This document shows positions 57,521 to 64,000 of a stretch of DNA of 64,000 nt, piece after piece; the first letter of the stretch is position 1, and each line of letters starts with the position of its first letter. The notes under the pieces are model-generated. The model was given only the letters and a program-made list of their open reading frames with translations. It ran no database searches and had not been told where the DNA came from. The DNA is taken from NCBI GenBank assembly GCA_016779985.1, contig JADHMP010000010.1, forward strand, positions 15,481 through 79,480. The letters are read 5' to 3'. The translations under genes were made by a program, and so were the position numbers. The DNA comes from Flavobacteriaceae bacterium (lineage in GTDB: Bacteria > Bacteroidota > Bacteroidia > Flavobacteriales > Flavobacteriaceae).

Positions 57521-59280
57521 GTAAAGCCAAAACCTTTTTTGATTTTAAGCTTTTTAGGGCCTTGCTTAATTATGTTAAACCTTATAAAAGCACCTACTAT
57601 TTTGTTCTTAGTGCGGCTATCTTACTTTCTGTTTTTTCAAATTTAACTCCCTATTTGCTCAAAATTACTGTAGATGACCACATTCGTTTAGGAAACTATG
57701 ATGGCACCCTCAAAATGACATTACTCATGTTTGGAGCCCTATTTATGGAGGTGCTTTTTCAATTTCTCTTCGTATTCTATGCCAACTGGTTAGGACAAAA
57801 GGTGGTAAAAGATCTACGAGTAGATTTATTTCGTAAAATCATCCATTTTAAGATGGCCTATTTTGATACTACCGCTGTGGGAAGATTAGTCACTAGATCA
57901 GTAAATGATATTGAAACCATTGCTAGCATTTTTTCTCAAGGGCTCTTTATGATTATTGCTGATTTCTTAAAAATGGCTTTGGTCATCATCGTCATGCTGG
58001 CCGTAGATTGGCGTTTGTCTCTTATCGTATTTTCTATTTTTCCTGTTATCATATACGCCACAAGGCTTTTTCAAAAAGCCATGAAGAATGCATTTGAGGA
58101 GGTTCGATTGCAAGTTGCTAATCTAAACACATTTGTTCAGGAAAGAATTAGTGGAATGAAAATAGTCCAAGTCTTTCATCGAGAACAAATTGAATATGAA
58201 AACTTTCTTTCTATCAACGAAAGGCACAAAAAAGCTTGGCTTAAAACAGTATGGTTTAATTCGATCTTCTTTCCAGTAGCTGAAATTGTTTCTTCGATTA
58301 CTATTGGACTTCTTGTATGGTATGGTGGATTTAATGCAATTAGTAGTGGAAGTATTTCTTTAGGAACCATCTTTTTGTTTGTTCAAATGTCACAAATGCT
58401 TTTTAGACCTTTGCGTCAAATTGCAGACAAATTCAATACCCTTCAAATGGGTATGGTTGCTACAGATCGTATTTTTGGTCTTTTAGCTACTTCAAGCAAC
58501 ATTGAAGACAAAGGCACCCTATCAGCAAAAAATTTAGAGGGAGAGATTGTTTTCAACAAGGTTCACTTTTCATATGTGCCTGATGAGGAGGTGCTTAAAG
58601 GAATTTCGTTTCAAATTAAAAAAGGAGAAACAGTGGCCATAGTAGGGGCAACTGGGGCAGGTAAATCAACTATCATCAACCTCTTATCTCGTTTTTATGA
58701 TTTTGATAAAGGAGATATTACTATAGATGGTGTTTCAATAAAAGATTTCAAGTTGCATACTTTACGAAAAGAAGTAGCCGTGGTGCTACAAGATGTTTTT
58801 TTATTTGCAGATTCCCTCTATAACAACATCATTCTTTTTGACGAGTCAATCAGTGAGGAAGAAGTGATTCGGGCTGCCAAAGAAATTAGAGTACACGAAT
58901 TTATAGAATCACTACCCGGAAAATATCACTATGATGTAAAAGAAAGAGGGGTGCTACTTTCATCTGGTCAACGTCAACTCATTGCCTTTTTGAGAGCCTA
59001 CATAACCCAACCTAACATATTAATTCTAGACGAAGCGACTTCTTCTATAGATACTTATTCTGAAGAACTTATTCAAAAAGCAACTTCTATTCTTACAAAA
59101 GGTAAAACGTCAATTATAATTGCTCACCGCTTAGCTACAGTGAAGAATGCTGATCGGATCATTGTTATGGATCAAGGTCAAATTGTTGAAACAGGTTCTC
59201 ATAAAGAATTAATGAAACTTCTAGATGGGCACTATGCAAAACTCTATGAAATTCAATTTGCTGCTGAAACCCCAGTTTGA
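57517..59280 (+). CDS. ABC exporter, fused permease/ATPase (MsbA-like)
   Basis: 587 aa with a 6-TM N-domain, Walker A GATGAGKST, signature LSSGQRQ and Walker B ILILDEATS. Confidence 0.88.
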   Translation: MSKAKTFFDFKLFRALLNYVKPYKSTYYFVLSAAILLSVFSNLTPYLLKITVDDHIRLGNYDGTLKMTLLMFGALFMEVLFQFLFVFYANWLGQKVVKDLRVDLFRKIIHFKMAYFDTTAVGRLVTRSVNDIETIASIFSQGLFMIIADFLKMALVIIVMLAVDWRLSLIVFSIFPVIIYATRLFQKAMKNAFEEVRLQVANLNTFVQERISGMKIVQVFHREQIEYENFLSINERHKKAWLKTVWFNSIFFPVAEIVSSITIGLLVWYGGFNAISSGSISLGTIFLFVQMSQMLFRPLRQIADKFNTLQMGMVATDRIFGLLATSSNIEDKGTLSAKNLEGEIVFNKVHFSYVPDEEVLKGISFQIKKGETVAIVGATGAGKSTIINLLSRFYDFDKGDITIDGVSIKDFKLHTLRKEVAVVLQDVFLFADSLYNNIILFDESISEEEVIRAAKEIRVHEFIESLPGKYHYDVKERGVLLSSGQRQLIAFLRAYITQPNILILDEATSSIDTYSEELIQKATSILTKGKTSIIIAHRLATVKNADRIIVMDQGQIVETGSHKELMKLLDGHYAKLYEIQFAAETPV

Positions 59281-59281
59281 A

Positions 59282-60067
59282 TTAGTAGTCAATATCTGTT
59301 TTAAGTTGATCAAGAAGGCGGTCAGCTGTTTTGATTTCTATCAAATTTTGATCTTTAATATACGTAATGCTACCACGTTGTTCAGAGACAACTAAAACAA
59401 TAGCATCGGTTTTTTCTGAAATCCCTAAACCAGCACGATGTCGAATACCATATTTTTTGGGAAGCTTTTCTTGCGAGACAGGGAGAATCACTCTTGAAGC
59501 AATGATTTTATTTTGTCTCAAAATAATTGCTCCGTCGTGCATTGGACCATTTTTAAAAAAAAGAGTTTCTAGCAACTGAGGAGCGATAACTATTTCAACC
59601 TCATTTTCTGGGGTGATTAAAAAGTCAAGATTATTACTTTGCTCAATGACAATCAAGGCCCCAGTTTTGCTCTTGGCCATTTGCATACAGTCTGACACTA
59701 AGGTTTTGAGTTGTACATTCGTATTAGTTTGTTTTTCTTTTAAGAAATCAAAAAAGCGAATAACACGTCGTTTATTGGTGAAATTCGTAGAACCTATTAG
59801 CAGTAGAAATTTTCTTATTTCTTGCTGAAATACCACAATTAAAGCAAAGAAACCAACGCTGATAAAATTACCTAGAATACTACTCAGCATATCCATTTGC
59901 AGAGCAGCGGTGAGTTTCCATATGATATATATAATCACAATACCAATAAAAATATTAATTGCAACTGTGCCGCGAACAAGCTTGTAGAGATAGAAAAGAA
60001 GTAAGGCTACAAGGATAATGTCAAAGACATCTACAAAAGAAAAATCAAGAAAATCAAGCGTATTCAA
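59282..60067 (-). CDS. cdaA: Diadenylate cyclase, membrane-anchored CdaA type
   Basis: 261 aa with three N-terminal TM helices and DAC-domain motifs GALIVI, HDGAIIL and RHRAGLGISE. Confidence 0.88.
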   Translation of the reverse strand: MNTLDFLDFSFVDVFDIILVALLLFYLYKLVRGTVAINIFIGIVIIYIIWKLTAALQMDMLSSILGNFISVGFFALIVVFQQEIRKFLLLIGSTNFTNKRRVIRFFDFLKEKQTNTNVQLKTLVSDCMQMAKSKTGALIVIEQSNNLDFLITPENEVEIVIAPQLLETLFFKNGPMHDGAIILRQNKIIASRVILPVSQEKLPKKYGIRHRAGLGISEKTDAIVLVVSEQRGSITYIKDQNLIEIKTADRLLDQLKTDIDY

Positions 60068-60095
60068 AAAACTGATTTTTGTAAAATTAAAAAAT

Positions 60096-60926
60096 CTATT
60101 GCATTAGGGCTACCAAATCAATACATTCTTTAGCCGCTTTCACATCGTGAACTCTCAAAATATTAGCTCCTTGAAGTAGGGCTTTGGTGTGCAGAACTGA
60201 AGTTCCATTGAGAGCTTGTTTAGGAGTAATAGAAAGTGGTTTGTAAATCATAGACTTTCTTGACAAACCAACTAGAATAGGAAGTTCTAAGGTTTTGAAT
60301 ACATTCAAATGACTTAGAATTTCATAGTTATGATCGATGGTTTTTCCAAAACCAAATCCAGGATCTATAATCAGATTATTTATCCCTGCTTCGTTTGCTT
60401 CACTGATTTTTTTTGAAAAAAAATAAAGTATCTCTTGAACCGTATTCTCGTAGGTAGGATTGTTTTGCATATTTTGGGGCATTCCTTGCATATGCATCAT
60501 CACATAGGTAGCGTCAAATTCACTGACAACTGGAAGTATTTCTGGATCGGCATTACCACATGAAATATCATTAATCATGGGCACACCCATGGCTAATACT
60601 TTTTGTGCAACACGGCTGTAAAAAGTATCAACCGAGAAGTGTTTTGAAGGAAAATGTTCTAATAAATATTCCAACACAGGTAGCAATCGCTCCAATTCTT
60701 GTTCAGCAGATAGAAGGTTGCTCCCAGGGCGCGAACTCATGGCTCCAACATCAATAAAATCAGCTCCTTCATCAAGCATTTTTTGTACTTGGGCTGAAGC
60801 TGCTTTTTTGTCTTCAAATTTCCCCCCATCATAAAACGAATCAGGAGTTAGGTTTAAAACACCCATGAGTTTAGGGACATTAAAATCAATCAATTTACCC
60901 TGAATTTGAATCGTCTTATCGAACAT
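60096..60926 (-). CDS. folP: Dihydropteroate synthase
   Basis: 276 aa with GVLNLTPDSFYDGG, GADFIDVGAMSSRPG and DPGFGFGK. Confidence 0.92.
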   Translation of the reverse strand: MFDKTIQIQGKLIDFNVPKLMGVLNLTPDSFYDGGKFEDKKAASAQVQKMLDEGADFIDVGAMSSRPGSNLLSAEQELERLLPVLEYLLEHFPSKHFSVDTFYSRVAQKVLAMGVPMINDISCGNADPEILPVVSEFDATYVMMHMQGMPQNMQNNPTYENTVQEILYFFSKKISEANEAGINNLIIDPGFGFGKTIDHNYEILSHLNVFKTLELPILVGLSRKSMIYKPLSITPKQALNGTSVLHTKALLQGANILRVHDVKAAKECIDLVALMQ

Positions 60927-60997
60927 TTTTAATAACTTTTTTATAATATTCTTTTGAACCCGAAAATATATTCGAAATTTACTCTAAAAATAATTTA

Positions 60998-61543
60998 TTG
61001 GAAGCCACACAGCTAGAATATTCACAAATAAGAGAGAAATGCCGTGATTTGTTTCAAAAGAAAATGCATGACTATGGCGCCGCTTGGCGTATTCTTAGAA
61101 TTCCCTCACTTACTGATCAGTTGTTTATAAAAGCACAGCGCATTAGAGGCCTCCAAGAAAACAAAGAGCATCGCATTGAAGAGGGGCAAGAAACAGAGTT
61201 TATTGGGGTTATCAACTATGCTATCATGGCCTTAATACAGCTAGAACAAGGGGTTGTAGAACAACCTGATTATTCTACAACAGAAGCGCTGTTGCATTTT
61301 GACAAACAGTTTGAAAATGCCAAAAGTTTAATGGAAGCCAAAAATCATGATTACGGTGAAGCTTGGCGCGATATGCGTGTTAGTTCTTTGACTGATTTGA
61401 TTATTCAAAAGCTATTGCGCGTTAAACAAATTGAAGATAATCAAGGAAAAACACTTGTCAGTGAAGGTATTGATGCTAATTATTTAGACATTATTAATTA
61501 TGCTGTTTTTGCTTTGATTCATTTACAAAATTCAGAAGAATAA
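60998..61543 (+). CDS. DUF1599-like protein (internal two-fold repeat)
   Basis: 181 aa with two copies of the HDYG(A/E)AWR...SLTD(Q/L)...K..R(I/V) module. Divergent from folP. TTG start. Confidence 0.6.
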   Translation: MEATQLEYSQIREKCRDLFQKKMHDYGAAWRILRIPSLTDQLFIKAQRIRGLQENKEHRIEEGQETEFIGVINYAIMALIQLEQGVVEQPDYSTTEALLHFDKQFENAKSLMEAKNHDYGEAWRDMRVSSLTDLIIQKLLRVKQIEDNQGKTLVSEGIDANYLDIINYAVFALIHLQNSEE

Positions 61544-62619
61544 TGGGTCCCTATTTAGCCAATAAAACCCTTCAAATGGGTTTCACTCTGTTTGGTGTAG
61601 TCACCCTAGTTTTTTTTCTTTTTAATGTATTGCCAGGTGACCCTAGCCAAATGATGCTAGGGCAAAACCAAAATGAGCAACAACGATTTCTAATAAAAAA
61701 GAAATATGGTTTTGATTTACCCATTGAAACACAATATCTCTATTTCATCAATGATCTTTCTCCACTATCATACCATTCTAAAGACACAAATTCCTTTACA
61801 CATTATGAAAAGAATAAATATGGTGGAGTAGTAGTTTTAAACCAATCTTCTGGACAATGGGTGTTGAAGTTACCTTATTTAAGAACATCTTATCAAAAAC
61901 GAGGAAAACCTGTGTCGGAAATCATAAGAGAGACCCTTCCAAATACAATTATTTTAGCTATTGCAGCGATGAGTATTGCCGTTGTTTTTGGAGTCACACT
62001 AGGGATTATTGCTATGTTGAAAAAGGATCATTTTATTGATAAATGTCTTCAAGGAGTAAGTACTCTGGGAATGAGTTTGCCTTCCTTTTTCAGCGCTATT
62101 TTAGCTTCATGGCTATTTGGGTTGGTTTTGCATGAATTCACAGGCTTAAACATGACAGGAAGTTTATTTGAACTTGACGACTATGGAGAAACCCATCAAT
62201 TAACACTTAAAAATTTAGTACTACCTGCATTTGTTTTAGGCATTCGCCCGTTGGCTGTTATTATTCAATTAATGCGTAGCAGTTTGCTTGAAGTAATGGA
62301 GCAAGATTATATCCGTACGGCTCGGGCTAAAGGATTGTCTTTGGCTAGAATCATCTATAAACACGCCCTTAAAAATGCTTTAAACCCAGTTATAACTGCT
62401 GTTTCTGGATGGTTTGCTTCTCTTTTAGCAGGAGCTATTTTTGTGGAATATATTTTTGGATGGAGGGGCTTAGGTAAAGAAATTGTAACGGCATTAAATC
62501 TTTTGGACGTTCCCGTAATTATGGGAGCTGTTATGATTATTGCGTTCTTTTTTATTATTATTAATATTGTGGTAGACTTACTCTATGTCTATTTAGATCC
62601 ACAAATAAAACTTAATTAA
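61543..62619 (+). CDS. ABC transporter permease, DppB/OppB-like
   Basis: 358 aa with the N-terminal helix pattern TLFGVVTLVFFLFNVLPGDP and the EAA-type loop DYIRTARAKGLS. Confidence 0.8.
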   Translation: MGPYLANKTLQMGFTLFGVVTLVFFLFNVLPGDPSQMMLGQNQNEQQRFLIKKKYGFDLPIETQYLYFINDLSPLSYHSKDTNSFTHYEKNKYGGVVVLNQSSGQWVLKLPYLRTSYQKRGKPVSEIIRETLPNTIILAIAAMSIAVVFGVTLGIIAMLKKDHFIDKCLQGVSTLGMSLPSFFSAILASWLFGLVLHEFTGLNMTGSLFELDDYGETHQLTLKNLVLPAFVLGIRPLAVIIQLMRSSLLEVMEQDYIRTARAKGLSLARIIYKHALKNALNPVITAVSGWFASLLAGAIFVEYIFGWRGLGKEIVTALNLLDVPVIMGAVMIIAFFFIIINIVVDLLYVYLDPQIKLN

Positions 62620-62622
62620 TTT

Positions 62623-63372
62623 ATGAGAAATCAAATTGTTGCTGGAAATTGGAAAATGAATAATGATCAATTAGCTACAGAAAAACTGTTGTCCGATTTA
62701 CGGGATTTAACCGTTAAAAATGGTACGCGCATACTGGTTGCACCTACAGCTGTTCATCTAGCCCAAAGTGTAACACAATTAAAAGATTCGTCAATAACCG
62801 TTGCAGCTCAAAATATGCATGCTGCTACTGCGGGCGCATACACGGGTGAAATAGCAGCTAATATGCTAAAAAGTGTGGGGGTACACACCGTCATTTTAGG
62901 GCATTCCGAACGCAGAACCTATTTTTATGAGACTAACACCCTACTTGCAGAAAAAGTTGCTTCAGCGCTCACACAAGCGATGGAAATAATCTTTTGTTTT
63001 GGAGAACAATTGGACGAACGAAAGCAAGGAAATCATTTTGAAATTGTTGAGCAACAACTCACTGAGGCATTGTTCAATCAGGACAGTATTGATTGGAAAA
63101 AAATCATTTTAGCGTATGAACCTGTTTGGGCCATTGGAACAGGTGAAACCGCAACTCCTGAACAGGCGCAAGAAATGCATCAATTCATAAGAGGCTTACT
63201 AAAATCAAAATATGGAGATGAAATTGCCCAAAACACCTCAATTCTTTATGGTGGAAGTGTAAAACCTGGCAACGCCAAAGAAATTTTTTCAAAGCCTGAC
63301 GTTGATGGAGGTCTTATTGGTGGTGCATCGCTGAAAGCAGAAGATTTTATGGCTATTGCCAATGCATTTTGA
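62623..63372 (+). CDS. tpiA: Triose-phosphate isomerase
   Basis: 249 aa with VAGNWKMN, ILGHSERR and AYEPVWAIGTG. Confidence 0.95.
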   Translation: MRNQIVAGNWKMNNDQLATEKLLSDLRDLTVKNGTRILVAPTAVHLAQSVTQLKDSSITVAAQNMHAATAGAYTGEIAANMLKSVGVHTVILGHSERRTYFYETNTLLAEKVASALTQAMEIIFCFGEQLDERKQGNHFEIVEQQLTEALFNQDSIDWKKIILAYEPVWAIGTGETATPEQAQEMHQFIRGLLKSKYGDEIAQNTSILYGGSVKPGNAKEIFSKPDVDGGLIGGASLKAEDFMAIANAF

Positions 63373-64000
63373 TGACGCAAAACTACATTTCCTATTCTTT
63401 CAAAATCTCACCAAAGGAACCTTGGACTGATATTTTATTAGCTACTCTTTCAACACTCCCTTTTGAAAGCTTTGAAATGACAGTAGATGGGTTAGAAGCC
63501 TACATTGCTGAAAATGATTGGTATGAAGATATTCTAGAAGATATTGAATTACTAAAAAATGATGAAGTTTCTATTGTTTTTGAGCAAAAAAGTATTGCTA
63601 CAGAAAATTGGAATGCCAACTGGGAGGCAGAATTTTTGCCAATTCAAATTAGTGATCATTGTGTGGTGAGAGCTGATTTTCATCCATCTACAGGACTGCC
63701 ACTAGAACTCGTCATCACACCCAAGATGAGTTTTGGTACAGGTCATCATCACACCACCCAAATGATGTTGAATTATGGCTTAGAAATGAAACTTGAAAAT
63801 AAAGTGGTGCTAGACATGGGTTGTGGCACAGGAATCCTTGCTATTCTGGCCGCAAAAAAAGGAGCAAATGTGGTCCATGGTATTGATAATGATGCCAATT
63901 GTGTTTTAAACAGCCAAGAGAATGCCCAAAGAAATAATCAAAATAAAATTATTTTTAGCCAAAGTGATACACCGCCAAAGAAAGAAGAATTTTATGATTA
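63372..64000 (+). CDS. prmA: Ribosomal protein L11 methyltransferase, N-terminal about 209 aa (3' end lies outside the window)
   Basis: The ATG overlaps the tpiA stop (TGATG). My translation gives MTQNYISYSFKISPKEPWTDIL...MSFGTGHHHTT...VLDMGCGTGILAI. The frame is open to the window end, and it is absent from the ORF track because no stop is reached. Confidence 0.85.
   Translation, partial: MTQNYISYSFKISPKEPWTDILLATLSTLPFESFEMTVDGLEAYIAENDWYEDILEDIELLKNDEVSIVFEQKSIATENWNANWEAEFLPIQISDHCVVRADFHPSTGLPLELVITPKMSFGTGHHHTTQMMLNYGLEMKLENKVVLDMGCGTGILAILAAKKGANVVHGIDNDANCVLNSQENAQRNNQNKIIFSQSDTPPKKEEFYD

Overview
AT-rich, very compact chromosomal segment whose gene content and order point to a Flavobacteriia (Bacteroidota) genome; this assignment is inference from motifs and synteny, since no search was possible. 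Bases 1-33.7 kb and 54.1-64 kb hold core housekeeping genes: rpsA 3' end, pyrR-pyrB, rnz, pdxH, sixA-like/ppk1/ppx, miaE, dnaX, RNase P RNA, rsmD, a RecD-like helicase, kdsB, yebC, gcvT, pepP, thrA-thrB-thrC, clpC, gyrA, rho, truA, an MsbA-like ABC exporter, cdaA-folP, tpiA and the prmA 5' part. Between tRNA-Ser(GCU) at 33.7 kb and rho at 54.1 kb lies a ~20 kb accessory-looking segment. It carries six Cys-type (CxPxR) formylglycine sulfatases, a CBM9-like/DUF5916-like beta-barrel protein, a SAM methyltransferase, a DUF819-like membrane protein, a beta-lactamase-fold hydrolase and several secreted or lipoprotein hypotheticals. It has no SusC/SusD, glycoside hydrolase, regulator, integrase or transposase. 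I saw no rRNA, CRISPR array, IS element or recognisable defence system. Three observations stand out. (1) dnaX is interrupted at an A10 run exactly at the gamma/tau boundary: the encoded frame gives a gamma-like product and the tau C-terminus lies fully open in the -1 frame. This is either programmed slippage or a homopolymer error. (2) Eight helically phased A-tracts, carrying a recurring AAATGAYCAAAAA motif, sit in a 600-bp ORF-free gap upstream of the first sulfatase operon. (3) The sulfatase segment is not organised like a canonical PUL. All protein family calls rest on motif recognition by eye and should be confirmed by HMM or BLAST searches.
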